Origin: Bdellovibrio sp.
Lineage (GTDB): Bacteria; Bdellovibrionota; Bdellovibrionia; Bdellovibrionales; Bdellovibrionaceae
Assembly: GCA_036676395.1 (NCBI GenBank)
Contig: JAKFCY010000002.1
Coordinates: 2,368,001-2,432,000, forward strand
Direction of reading: 5' to 3'
DNA length: 64,000 bases
Position 1 is the first letter of the stretch. Every line of letters begins with the position of its first letter. Position numbers and translations under genes: made by a program. Shown here one piece after another: positions 9,342 through 20,000 of this stretch. The notes under the pieces are model-generated. The model was not told where the DNA came from, searched no databases, and saw nothing but the letters and a program-made list of their open reading frames with translations.

Positions 9342-10079
9342 CTACCTACCCCAGCCTTTAAGAACTTCTGCTTCTTCAGAATCAGAAGTGACTTTCTTGA
9401 ATTTCACTCCTGGGGCCCCCTTCACAGAGGCTTCACACTCAGACCAAGTTTTATAACGGGTGATCACGCCATTTTTTAAAACGATATACCACTGAGTTTT
9501 TGGCTTATCAGACTTAGTATAACTTTTTTCTTTAATCTCTTCAGTGGGCGGAGCTTCAGTAATATCAAAGTAATAGTTCTTACCTGACCCACTGTACAGA
9601 TTCACATAATCATTCTTAGAAAATGCCACAGCGATCGTATCACAGCGTTCATTACCTGGAGTGCCTTGGTGCCCGCGCACGTAATCCCATTTAATTTTTT
9701 GATCCATCTTCTTTTGCAGTCTATAAGTAACAGCGTCTAAAGCTTCCCAGATATCTTGATTTAGTACTGGCCCGCCTTCAGCGTTCTTCCAGCCGCGCTT
9801 TTTCCAGCCGAACACCCACTGCGTGATGCCTTTGATCACATAGACTGAATCTGTGTAGATTTGAATGCTAAAATCAGGGTTATTTGTGTGTTTATCGATG
9901 TAAATCAGCGCTGCTAGCACAGAGCCTAATTCCATTCTGTTATTGGTTGTCTTTAAATCGCTATCGCCTAGCTCTTTAATCTCTACGTTTTTGCCTTCGA
10001 TAGAGCCTACTATAGCTCCCCAGCCGCCAGGGCCTGGATTTCCTGAACATGCGCCGTCTGTGTAAACAATAAATCTCAT
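9342..10079 (-). CDS. rnhA: Ribonuclease HI with C-terminal hybrid-binding (viroplasmin/Cauli_VI-like) domain
   Basis: YTDGACSGNPGPGG, TNNRMEL, YTDS, WKKRGW, VRGH and NERCD motifs. The C-terminal WYIV...YKTWSECEASVKG...FKK resembles the HBD. ATG 10079 is chosen over the longer ORF-track start. Confidence 0.92.
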   Translation of the reverse strand: MRFIVYTDGACSGNPGPGGWGAIVGSIEGKNVEIKELGDSDLKTTNNRMELGSVLAALIYIDKHTNNPDFSIQIYTDSVYVIKGITQWVFGWKKRGWKNAEGGPVLNQDIWEALDAVTYRLQKKMDQKIKWDYVRGHQGTPGNERCDTIAVAFSKNDYVNLYSGSGKNYYFDITEAPPTEEIKEKSYTKSDKPKTQWYIVLKNGVITRYKTWSECEASVKGAPGVKFKKVTSDSEEAEVLKGWGR

Positions 10080-10122
10080 AAAACACATACTAGAGAGAAA
10101 ACTCCAATTTGTGAAATTCTTT

Positions 10123-10138
10123 AGGCACGCGTCTCGCA
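10123..10138 (+). promoter_or_regulatory. Putative sigma54 -24/-12 promoter AGGCACGCGTCTCGCA
   Basis: GG-N10-GC spacing with GGCACG at -24, upstream of the beta-barrel/metzincin pair. Confidence 0.55.
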
Positions 10139-10203
10139 TAGTTCCATAACGAGACATGATCGGGAATTTGAATCCCGGCCAGAAAGAACCTATGCAGGCT
10201 TTA

Positions 10204-11115
10204 ATGAGCAATGTATTCAATTTAAAACATAAAGTGACACTATTAGCGGTAGTTGTCTCAATGTTAGCCAGTATCCTTTTGGCGTCGAACTCTTTTGCAG
10301 CCAATGTAAATAGTTCAGCCGTGTCTTCATACACACCTGGCAGAGAAAAAGAAGAAGAACCATCAAATACATATAGTGCTTCAGTGGATGTTTCACGTTC
10401 AACTAACTTATATGATCATCAAGATGGCAGTCGTAGCGATTCATTAGATTTTCGTTTTATTGTTGGTGCTGGTTTCACGAACGGCCACTCTTTATCTATG
10501 GTTGTAGATTACTCTAATGATTTAAAAGATGCAGAGAACACAGCGGCAGGATTACTTGATCCATCACTTAAATACTCATTTAAATCAGCAAAATGGGCAT
10601 GGTCTGCTCCTTATATTCTAACTTTTAGACCTGCGATTTCTACTGTGATTCCAATGTCTAAAGGCTCTACCAAGCGTGATGAATTACAAGGTTCACTCTC
10701 TGGATCTGTTGCATTTGGAATTGTTCCAGATGGAATTTATAAATCTGACGGTGTTTGGTCTGTGTTAATCGGTTTATCTGCAGGGCAAAACTTTTATGCT
10801 TACGAAGAAAATATCAACGGCAAAGTTTTAAATAAATACTCATCAAATCAATCAATGGATATCAGCTATTCAATTGCTGATTTTAGTTTTTCATTAAGTT
10901 ACCTGCACCGTTCTCGCTGGACGTATCAGGGAAATATTCGCGAATCTTTTGCCCTGGGGCAAGAGATTGGCTACAGCCTAAATGACAACTTCGCTGTGAA
11001 TGTTGGTCATTCAAACGAAGGGGCGATGATCAAAGCCAATGGCTATGAATCAAACCTCGATGTGATCGATGAGAATAATTCATCGGTTTATATGGGCATC
11101 AGCGCTTCAATGTAA
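10204..11115 (+). CDS. Hypothetical outer-membrane beta-barrel protein
   Basis: Signal peptide ending SFA; alternating hydrophobic/aromatic beta-strand pattern; terminal strand VYMGISASM. Confidence 0.65.
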   Translation: MSNVFNLKHKVTLLAVVVSMLASILLASNSFAANVNSSAVSSYTPGREKEEEPSNTYSASVDVSRSTNLYDHQDGSRSDSLDFRFIVGAGFTNGHSLSMVVDYSNDLKDAENTAAGLLDPSLKYSFKSAKWAWSAPYILTFRPAISTVIPMSKGSTKRDELQGSLSGSVAFGIVPDGIYKSDGVWSVLIGLSAGQNFYAYEENINGKVLNKYSSNQSMDISYSIADFSFSLSYLHRSRWTYQGNIRESFALGQEIGYSLNDNFAVNVGHSNEGAMIKANGYESNLDVIDENNSSVYMGISASM

Positions 11116-11180
11116 TTTTAAAGAGTTAAAGAATTAGAACGTTTAAAGAAATTAAAGATATGAAAATGAAAGAGGGAAAT

Positions 11181-14100
11181 ATGAAAAACAATCAGGAACG
11201 TAAGCTGTTAAGTTTAACGATGTCCTTAATCGCAATTATGGTGATTACATCATGTACAAAAAAACGTGGTGCAGAATTACCAGAGGACATGAAAGCAGAT
11301 ATCTATGCGATCTCTGAATTCGGCACGCCATCTGCGACCTCAGCTTTTTCTGCTTCTCGCGAAGATATCGAAGCTGCCGGTGCTGATGAATCAGTACAAG
11401 CTTTGAATACCGAAACGACGGCTAAACTGTCTTCAGACGAGGTGAGCGTTCCTGCCCGCATGAAGTTCATGTTTGATAGACTCCCAATGATTGGCCAATC
11501 GGTTAAAAACTTTAAAATTACTTTCTCAGTAGATAAGAATACTTTGACTGCTTATAAAGTTGCCGAAAGCGCTAACGATTTAACGGCGTTAGAAAAATCT
11601 ATCGCTATCACTGCCCGCCAAGCTCAGTTATTATCTGAAGTTTCTAAAGCAAGTGGTGTTGAGTTAAAAACATTATTAAACCAACAAAAAGCAGCTTCAT
11701 CTGAATCTGAAAAAATTAAAGTTGGAGCTTCACAAGGTGCCTTATTAGTACCGATGTTTAAATACAACATCGTAGGCTATGGCGTTTTACAAAAAGTAAA
11801 AAATGACCTTAAAGAAGACACAGCAACTTTATCTTTAAAAGGTACTGACTTTAAAAATGCAACTCACATCCAGATCAGTTCTTTATCTGATGCGCGTGAA
11901 GTTATCGGTTTAAAAGCCGGTCAAACTAAAACGATGAATGAGTTATTCGTAGCTTCTAAGCTTGATAACCAGGTATCGAGTGCTGGTGAATTAGCGGCGC
12001 GTTTAAAAATCGGTCTTAAATTTATCAACGAAAATTCAAAAGTATTAACTAAAGTTGATAGCGGAAGCCTATTAGTTTACGAGATCACGACTTTAGATAA
12101 ACTTTCTGAAAGCCAACAACGTCTTTTAAATAACAACAGCTCTAACGGATCTATTAAACGTTGTTCTGATGCTGACGTAGTATCAGTTATTGCTTCTAAA
12201 GAGCAAAACTGTGTTATCGTAATGACAGCGACTGTTCAGTTAGAGCATGTTAAACCTAAATTAGCTTTAACTGATTCTACGGGTACAACATCTTCAGATG
12301 TTGAATTAGAAGAAGTTTCAGCCAGCGAATCAGTTGGTTTAGTGCAAATTCGCCAACAAACTCCAGCGGTTCAAGTTGAGATCTTAAATGATATTCTTGA
12401 TCCAAACAGCACATTAATTTTAGCTGACTTAAAAGGTGAATTTTTCTTTCGTCGTACTTTAGAAGACGCAGCCAGTTCATTCTTAGGCCGCACTGGTACA
12501 TCTGGTGATATGTCTTTAGTTAAATTTGAGTTAGAAGACGAGCGTATCGTTGTTCGTAACCAAATGTCTTTAATCCAGTACACTGGTCAAGGCGCAAAAG
12601 ATAAAGAAGAAATGATGTCTATTCCGGTTCGTTACTTTCGTGCAATCCGCGAAACCGCTAACGGAACCAAATTAACAATTCCGAAATGGGTTGAAACGAC
12701 TAAAGAAAAAGCTGAAGTAGCGGCTATTGACTGGACTCGTAATACAGTACCAGATGCATCTTCTCCGTTAGCTTTCTACGATATGGGTTCATGCTTCAGA
12801 GCTGAATCTTCACAAAAAGTGACTGCTACAGATATGCGTTTAGCTTCTGATGGCGTACTTAATTTATCAATCGCAAGTTCATACACTGTTGATACAGCCT
12901 GTGCTGCGATCAAAGACGTGAATTCAGCTTACTGGGCTGGTAGTGCACAATTTAACTTTAATGTTCAAGAGCGTATCTCTTTTGTTAAACATGAGAACAA
13001 AGCAAACACTGATTCTCAGTTTTCTATGAATATTTCGCACATGGCTCAAAGTGCCTTCAACTTTGGTGTATTTACTTTAGCTGATAAAGTAACTACGAAC
13101 GGTACTTTAAGTAACCGTGATGGTTCTGAAAAGTACATGCCGATGATTCATGATTTCCGTAACGGCCGCGTTGTTAAATGGTACCTTGGTGGTATCAATG
13201 AAGCCTCTGCTACAAATGCAGAAAGAAGACAATTATTAGTTGAAGCTGCTCAACAAGTTATGGCTGAGTGGAATGCTTCTTTCAGAATGTCTTTTAAAGG
13301 TACGGCATTAGAGCGTTCTGGTGATTACGTTCAACTTATCGTTGAAGAACCAGGTAAAGAAACTGGTCACCTTGGTGACTTAGATAAGAACTACATCTGG
13401 TTCAATGAAATCCCGGCTGATAACGGTTTATTAGGTGTTGCTCAACCAGCAGCTAATCCAAAATCAGGTGCGATCGAGTCAGCTAACGTTATCGTTTACA
13501 CAGGTAACACATTCCAACAAACAGAAGTGTTATTGAAAAATACGAAAATCTCTCGTGCCTACGAGAAGATGATCGAATCTATCAAAAAACAAGCGGTAGA
13601 TGCTGCTGCTAAAGAACAAGAAATTATCGCTTCTGCTGACCAAGCTGCAAAAGAAGAAGAAAAAGCAGCTGCTGCTGCTGGCGAAAACAAAGTTGCTGCC
13701 GGTGCAGAAAAAGTTCAGAACAAAATCAAGTTACAAGAAAGAATTTTAAAACAAACTTTAAAATCTTTAGATCTTGATCAAAAAACTTTAAGAGCTGCTC
13801 TTAAACAATTAGACGTTAAATCTTCGACGAACACTGCGGCGTTAGGTTTACCGGCTATTTCTAAAGATATGTTTAAAGGAACTAAAAAAGGTCAAAAAAT
13901 TAACTACCCAGTTAATTCTGACACTTTCACATTAAAATTAACTGAACTTGCGATGGATAAATCGTTAAAACGTAATCCTCTTGAGCTAGAGTTCAGAATG
14001 AATGATGTAATGTTAACTCATGCTGGTCTTTCTGAATTGACGAAAGCAGCACTTAACAAACGTCAGGCTCAGTTATCAATGGCTATGAAGTTTGACCGTA

Positions 14101-16403
14101 CGCAAGCAAACCGTCCGGGCTGTTTCTACCATTCTCGTCCTGAAATTGAAGATTCAGCTTTAATGGCTGATCCAGATCCTAAGAAAAACTTAATGATCAA
14201 CTTCAAGATGGCCGTGATGAGCACATTATCTCATGAGTTAGGTCACGCGTTTGGTTTAATGCATAACTTTACGGGTTCAACTGACGTAGCTAACTACGAA
14301 TTTGCTGATCAAAAAGAAGAAGGCAAACAAACTCACCGTAACTACTCGTCGATCATGGATTATATCTCTGATATCGAGCAACATTACGCTGGTCCTGGCC
14401 CTTATGATGTTCACGCAATTCGTGCAGCATACACAGGCTTAGTACCTCTTAACCCAGAGATCTTAAAAAACCAAAAAACGATGGATAATTTCAAAGCGAA
14501 CAAAATTGATATTATCAACGGTCATTTAATTTCGATTGCTGATGCCGCAAAAATCTTAGGTAAGAATTCTTTAGTTCACTTTACTAAAGATACAGTTAAT
14601 ACAACTGGCTTACTTGAGCACTATGCTCAATGTCACGATATGATGGTTGGTTCAGATATCATGTGTGCTCGTTTCGACGTAGGTGGAACTCCACAAGAAA
14701 TCGTAGCGAACAAAATTGCTGACTACACTCGTTCATACGCTAACCGTTACTATGTTTACGACAGAATTAACTTTGCTTGGAATGAAAAAGTTGGAGTTAT
14801 TTTACGTAACGTTCAATTGTTCGAAGAAATCCGTGGTTTCTTAGATCAAACGTTAATGGCGGCGATCTACGGTTCAGGCCGTGGCGAACAAGCTGACCAA
14901 GCTCACTTAAACAACTTAGTCGAGTCAACTATTACTGGATACCAATTCTTCCACGAATTAATACGTATCCCTGATGCTGATGGCATTAGTATGACTGATG
15001 TTAAAAAACGTTTCTATGCGATCCCTTACACATACAAAGTTTTAAAACTTGATGCTGAAGGCCAACCAGTGATCGGTGCAGATGGCAAACCTGAACTAGA
15101 CGAGAAAAAAGATATCAAAGTCTTAGAAGCTCGTTCTGTATATGATAAAATGTTAACGAAAGATAAAATCGATACTATCGGTATCGGTTACGATAAAATG
15201 TTTGCGATGAATTATCTATTAACTGCGTCTCAAATGAGCGGCACAGATGATTCTCAGATGAACATGATTTCGTACACTGATTTCGAACAGTTCTTCTTAG
15301 GTGTTAAAGATCCATCTGAATCTTTAACTATCCAGACGACGATCGATATCATTACGAATAACTTAACTTCTGGTTTCTACATGCCAACAGGCGAATTGTT
15401 GAACATCGATATTCCGGTTGAAGTTAATCGTAACTTAGCTGACAACACTGCGATTGCTGCTGTTATCGGTATGAACCAGGCTAAATTTTCTTCTTACGAT
15501 AAATTTGCTGAGACTTTATTAGTAGGTCGTTCATATGTTAAACAAGCTCCGAAAGACCGTATCAACGTAGTTCGTATGGGTCAGGATAGAAAATTATCTG
15601 ATACTGTTGTGTACCACTCTGCTCAAAATGCGATGGGTTCAAACTCAATCATTATGCAAGCAGCACGTGCTGAAGTATTAGTTAGCTCTAAAACTGATTT
15701 ATTCCCGAACTTAAAAGTTTTAGCTGAAGCTGATAAAGCTGTAAAAGGCCCAATCGCAGCTATCAAAGAAGCGGCATGTGAAATGAATCAAGAAACTGGC
15801 GAACCATTAGATGCTGAAGGTTGCGATGCGGCTCAAGCTAAAACTGATGAACAATACGTTGCTGAGTTAGCTAAAACTAACCCTGCGATTAAGGCAGCCA
15901 AAGCTAAAGCCGATGCTGAAGCTAAGAAAATCGTAAATAAGTTACGCCAATTAAATGCTAAAGAAGTAATTATGCCGAAAGCTCTTGATACAGCTGACTC
16001 TAAAGTTAACTTCGCAGCACAAGTTGAAATCATGCGTGAACAGTTATTTAGCCAATTAGGTACATTTGAACAAGTCATGGGCCTATTACAATCAACTCCG
16101 GTTGACCAATTAGATGCAACTATCGGTATGATCGTTAAAGTGTTGCAACAGATGTCACAAGAGAACGAACAGTTATCTGCATTACCTGCAATGGCTATCG
16201 CTCAAATGTACATGGCTGAATCAACTGCTGAGATCAAAGTGAAGCTACAAGATGGCGTATCTGAAATTACAGGCGCGCAAATCACTGGCCTTATGATGAA
16301 CACTAAGAAATTAGCTGAACAACAAGCTAAATTGACTGACGTGATTGATAAATTAAGCACGTACACTCGTTACGTAGATTTAGACCAAGCTTCGACTCAC
16401 TAG
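11181..16403 (+). CDS. Very large (about 1740 aa) lipoprotein with a metzincin zinc metalloprotease domain (EcxA/DUF4953-like)
   Basis: Lipobox ITSC; HELGHAFGLMH (HExxHxxGxxH); Met-turn SSIMDY; GPYDVHAIRAAY; AGAGGG RBS before ATG 11181. Confidence 0.85.
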   Translation: MKNNQERKLLSLTMSLIAIMVITSCTKKRGAELPEDMKADIYAISEFGTPSATSAFSASREDIEAAGADESVQALNTETTAKLSSDEVSVPARMKFMFDRLPMIGQSVKNFKITFSVDKNTLTAYKVAESANDLTALEKSIAITARQAQLLSEVSKASGVELKTLLNQQKAASSESEKIKVGASQGALLVPMFKYNIVGYGVLQKVKNDLKEDTATLSLKGTDFKNATHIQISSLSDAREVIGLKAGQTKTMNELFVASKLDNQVSSAGELAARLKIGLKFINENSKVLTKVDSGSLLVYEITTLDKLSESQQRLLNNNSSNGSIKRCSDADVVSVIASKEQNCVIVMTATVQLEHVKPKLALTDSTGTTSSDVELEEVSASESVGLVQIRQQTPAVQVEILNDILDPNSTLILADLKGEFFFRRTLEDAASSFLGRTGTSGDMSLVKFELEDERIVVRNQMSLIQYTGQGAKDKEEMMSIPVRYFRAIRETANGTKLTIPKWVETTKEKAEVAAIDWTRNTVPDASSPLAFYDMGSCFRAESSQKVTATDMRLASDGVLNLSIASSYTVDTACAAIKDVNSAYWAGSAQFNFNVQERISFVKHENKANTDSQFSMNISHMAQSAFNFGVFTLADKVTTNGTLSNRDGSEKYMPMIHDFRNGRVVKWYLGGINEASATNAERRQLLVEAAQQVMAEWNASFRMSFKGTALERSGDYVQLIVEEPGKETGHLGDLDKNYIWFNEIPADNGLLGVAQPAANPKSGAIESANVIVYTGNTFQQTEVLLKNTKISRAYEKMIESIKKQAVDAAAKEQEIIASADQAAKEEEKAAAAAGENKVAAGAEKVQNKIKLQERILKQTLKSLDLDQKTLRAALKQLDVKSSTNTAALGLPAISKDMFKGTKKGQKINYPVNSDTFTLKLTELAMDKSLKRNPLELEFRMNDVMLTHAGLSELTKAALNKRQAQLSMAMKFDRTQANRPGCFYHSRPEIEDSALMADPDPKKNLMINFKMAVMSTLSHELGHAFGLMHNFTGSTDVANYEFADQKEEGKQTHRNYSSIMDYISDIEQHYAGPGPYDVHAIRAAYTGLVPLNPEILKNQKTMDNFKANKIDIINGHLISIADAAKILGKNSLVHFTKDTVNTTGLLEHYAQCHDMMVGSDIMCARFDVGGTPQEIVANKIADYTRSYANRYYVYDRINFAWNEKVGVILRNVQLFEEIRGFLDQTLMAAIYGSGRGEQADQAHLNNLVESTITGYQFFHELIRIPDADGISMTDVKKRFYAIPYTYKVLKLDAEGQPVIGADGKPELDEKKDIKVLEARSVYDKMLTKDKIDTIGIGYDKMFAMNYLLTASQMSGTDDSQMNMISYTDFEQFFLGVKDPSESLTIQTTIDIITNNLTSGFYMPTGELLNIDIPVEVNRNLADNTAIAAVIGMNQAKFSSYDKFAETLLVGRSYVKQAPKDRINVVRMGQDRKLSDTVVYHSAQNAMGSNSIIMQAARAEVLVSSKTDLFPNLKVLAEADKAVKGPIAAIKEAACEMNQETGEPLDAEGCDAAQAKTDEQYVAELAKTNPAIKAAKAKADAEAKKIVNKLRQLNAKEVIMPKALDTADSKVNFAAQVEIMREQLFSQLGTFEQVMGLLQSTPVDQLDATIGMIVKVLQQMSQENEQLSALPAMAIAQMYMAESTAEIKVKLQDGVSEITGAQITGLMMNTKKLAEQQAKLTDVIDKLSTYTRYVDLDQASTH

Positions 16404-16431
16404 TCGTTGCTTTAAGAAGTAAAACTTCTTC

Positions 16432-16472
16432 AGGGCTCGGTAGAAATACCGGGCCTTTTTTTTGTTTTTTTT
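16432..16472 (+). terminator. Rho-independent terminator
   Basis: AGGGCTCGGTA-GAAA-TACCGGGCCTT followed by a long T run, just after the metzincin gene. Confidence 0.85.
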
Positions 16473-16481
16473 ATGCGAATC

Positions 16482-16614
16482 TGCTTATTTTTCGACGCTC
16501 ATGTTTTGGGTTTACATTGTAAACCCAAACACAGAGTAAATAAATGCATCAATTTCAACGCTCGCGCTTTAGGTCAACAATGTTGACTGAAACCCTAGCA
16601 AATTTAATGCGTCA
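16482..16614. repeat. Two tandem copies of a ~70-nt hairpin-forming intergenic repeat (REP/BIME-like)
   Basis: Copy A (16482-16551) and copy B (16548-16614) share TTTC(G/A)ACGCTC...TTT[stem-loop]AA...AG(A)G...AAAT...TCA. A third copy lies at 51277. Confidence 0.7.
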
Positions 16615-16619
16615 TAAAT

Positions 16620-17063
16620 TTAAGTTAAATTTTGCTGGCGTTTGGCTTTTTGGTCGATGGAATTAATTTTCGTCGCCAACGTGTGCAAGTAATCAGAGGT
16701 TCTGAATTTTACTTGAATACTGTCTGTTTCACCCGCTAAGTAGCGGTCGATTTCACGTTCAAGGCGAAACAACGGGCCTGCGAATTTATTTGAGGTGTAT
16801 AACACGATGAAAATGCCGATCACTAAATTTACGATCATCGGTAAAATGATCGCCATGTATAAAAAGTTTTTCCACGGGCCGAGCACGCGGTAATCGACGA
16901 CTAATGTGATGTCGGCTGCGACTTGTGCTCCCATCCATTTCATCGCTAAGAAAATTCCTGCGATTTGGATGATTGATAGAATTGTTAGTCCTACAAAAAT
17001 TTGCATCATTAATGGTTTTTGAATTTCAGGATAAATGAAGTACTGACGTCTTAAAAGATTCAT
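16620..17063 (-). CDS. Hypothetical two-TM membrane protein with HAMP-like C-terminus
   Basis: RRQYFIYPEIQ, two hydrophobic segments, SNKFAGPLFRL...FRTSD; overlaps the addA stop by 4 nt. Confidence 0.75.
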   Translation of the reverse strand: MNLLRRQYFIYPEIQKPLMMQIFVGLTILSIIQIAGIFLAMKWMGAQVAADITLVVDYRVLGPWKNFLYMAIILPMIVNLVIGIFIVLYTSNKFAGPLFRLEREIDRYLAGETDSIQVKFRTSDYLHTLATKINSIDQKAKRQQNLT

Positions 17064-20000
17064 GTTGCAAACTCCAGGTGTACATTTTGTTCGAAAATAT
17101 CTTCGAACTTTACCTTTTGCTCAAACGGATAAATTACCGCAAGTCGGATGCGCTGGTCTTTGCTGACCATCCCCATCTGTTTTAAACAACCCGCGTAGGC
17201 TCGCAGTTGATCAAAGGCCTGTCTTAAGTATTTCGTGCTTCCTGTTTTATAGTCAAGAATATACAAGTCATCACCCACATACCCCCAGGCATCGATCTGC
17301 CCCTGAACCATACGAGTGTTATCTGCCGTTTTCACCTGTAGACCAAAACCCCATTCGACATGTCCGCGGTCGAATAACTCGCGTAAGTTTACTTCTTGTT
17401 GATCAATCAGCCATTGCAAGGCTTTGCGATCCACGTCTGACAGATTACGATCGATTTCACTAACTTGATTGTATTTTAACGACTCAAAAAACTTATGTAG
17501 GTCTGTTCCTTTTTGAGTTTTGTTGTACGCCTTAACCGTTTGCTCTGAAAGTTCTTCGGCTAATTGTTCTGGTTTTGCCGTGGTGGCTTCTTTTTCATAC
17601 GGAAGTTCTGCCGAAACCAGGCTCGTTACCCCTGCTGATACACGGTAGTCTTTTGCCATTTCAAGCGGTTTAAGATCGGCTGCTTGATTTTGGTTTTCTA
17701 AGGCTAGAACTTGTGGTTCTTCATTCATTTCTATGAACTCGACGCTGTATTTATCAGATTCGAATTGTTCTGGTGCCCAGTTGATTTTTTCTAACCAAGA
17801 ATTTTTCGGAGGATTTTTAGCCTGTTCGCGAATCATCGTTAATGAATCAATCGCACGGGTCATCGCCACATATAATACCCGGTCATTTTCTTCGCGAGCA
17901 CGGATTAAAAACTTTTGAAAAACCAAATCAGCCCAAGACGTCGCAAAACCTTTATCAAATTGTGGCAATTGCACTTTTAAAGAAAACTGTGCTGATTCTT
18001 CATCAAAAGTGAATACGTCAGTTCCGGAGTTTCTAACAGCTAAGTTAAAGCCGCTGATAATTACATGTTTAAACTGTAATCCTTTAGATCCGTGCACTGT
18101 CATAAGGGATACACGATTGGCTGCAAATAGTGGAACACCCTCGCCGTCTGATGATGATAAATCAGAATTAAACTGGGTCAGTTCGTTATTTACAAAATCA
18201 CTTAAATTAAAATCAGTACGCACTTCGTTTGCCATAACTGTTTGTAAGAACTTCCAGATATTGGCTTCGCGTAATGACGTCGGGTCGAAATAAGCTGAAG
18301 CATCTAAAAATACAGACTGATTGATAAAATAAAATATCGCTTCAGAAACGCCTTTTTCAAGATAGCACTTTTCGATCTCTTTTAAGTTTTGATAAACTGG
18401 ATGATTATTCCTTTTTAATTGTAACCAAAAAGAAGTCGTCGTCTCGTCCTGGCGCAATTCGATGATCTCTTGATCACTGATATTAAACCAAGGAGCTCTG
18501 CTTAAACGGATTAAGTTATGATTATCAAAAGGATTAATTAAAAAGCGCAGCAGCGCTAATAGATCGCCGACTTCAGATTTATCTTCAAAACCTTTAGAGA
18601 TCTGCACCTGCACCGGCAAGTTAAACTGATTGGCGTACTTTGCAAAATCTAAGATGTCAGAGTTTTTCTTAAATAAAACCGTAATGTCTGAAAAAGGAAT
18701 GCCTTTTTTATGTAAATTCATTGCTTGGGTCACAATTGAGCCATATTCATGCTCAATCGTGGTGATCAAGGTGGCTTCTGGAAAAGCGCGCGCTGTAAAA
18801 TCATCGCTTTTAGTTTGCATTGGCATAAACTGGCGCGAATAACCTTCAAAAAAATCATTCATAAATGACATCAATCTTGGGTGCGAACGGTAATTCTGCA
18901 TTTTTTGTGTCGTTACAAAACCCTGCTGATTAATTTCTTTTTCTTTATTGGTGAATACTTCTGATCTGGCTCCACGAAACAGATAAATACTTTGTTGCGG
19001 GTCGCCCACGATAAATTGAAATTTATCCTGCATCAACTGATTTAAGATTTTCACCTGCAACGGCGAAGTATCTTGATATTCATCAACCATAATAAAATCA
19101 AACTGCGACGCAAAAGCCTGCATCGCTTGCGGACTTTCAGTGATAATTTTCATCGATAACAGCTCAAGATCAGAAATCGACATTTCACCGCTATCAAGCC
19201 GTAACCGATCTATAAAACTTGCAGCTTCGCTAGCTAATTCAGAAAATAGCGTATTGATTTGATCTGCGACTTTTAAATACTGATCAAAACACATTGGCGA
19301 CAAAGGCTCTTTAAATATATCACCTATTGCATCATTTAGCTCTTCATCGATTTCGGCTTTTTTACTTAATCTGAACTTTGTCGGCTTGGTTTCATAAGCT
19401 TGCATTAGATCATCGTAATTCTGATCTAAGATTGCTTTTTTAACTGATTTCAAGAAATCAATATGCGGAAGCCATTTTTCTGGGTAGCTGTTTGCGCCAG
19501 CTAAGAATAGCTCTAAAGTTGCCAGCACAATTTGTTTTTCAATGTTTGCGGCTTGTTGCAATGTTGCTAGGCTGGCTGCTTTAAACATTGGATTTTCAAG
19601 CTTTAAGCTAGAGGCTTTTAATAACAACTGCATTAACTGATCAAATCTAAAATGATCCAGTAAGGTCTGATATTGCGGGTTTTTCTCGAATACGCCCTTG
19701 ATATGTTTTTTTAATGCAAAAAAGATTTTGTAATCATTCACTATAGTTAGATCTGCCGGTAAACCGATCGCTTCAGAATGCTGGCGTAAGAATAAATTTA
19801 GAATATTGTGAATAGTTCCAATTTGCACAAACGACTTTTTATTAAAGTACTGAAAAAGTTCTTCATCTTTGGTTTCAAGCGCTTCAATGATTAAACGCTC
19901 TTTAATCTCTTGCGTGGCTTTTTTCGTGAACGTTGTGATGATGATTTTAGGATAACGATTATTTTTAGCTTTAAACTGTTTCGCAAAAGCAATGCAAGTC

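Noticed and set aside
10080..10334. 85-aa N-terminal extension of RNase HI given in the ORF track
   Set aside because: It overlaps the divergent barrel gene and its sigma54-like promoter; RNase H homology begins at MRFIVYTDG (ATG 10079).
16482..16614. CRISPR array interpretation of the tandem repeat
   Set aside because: Only two degenerate units, the variable parts are self-complementary stems rather than spacers, and no cas genes are present.
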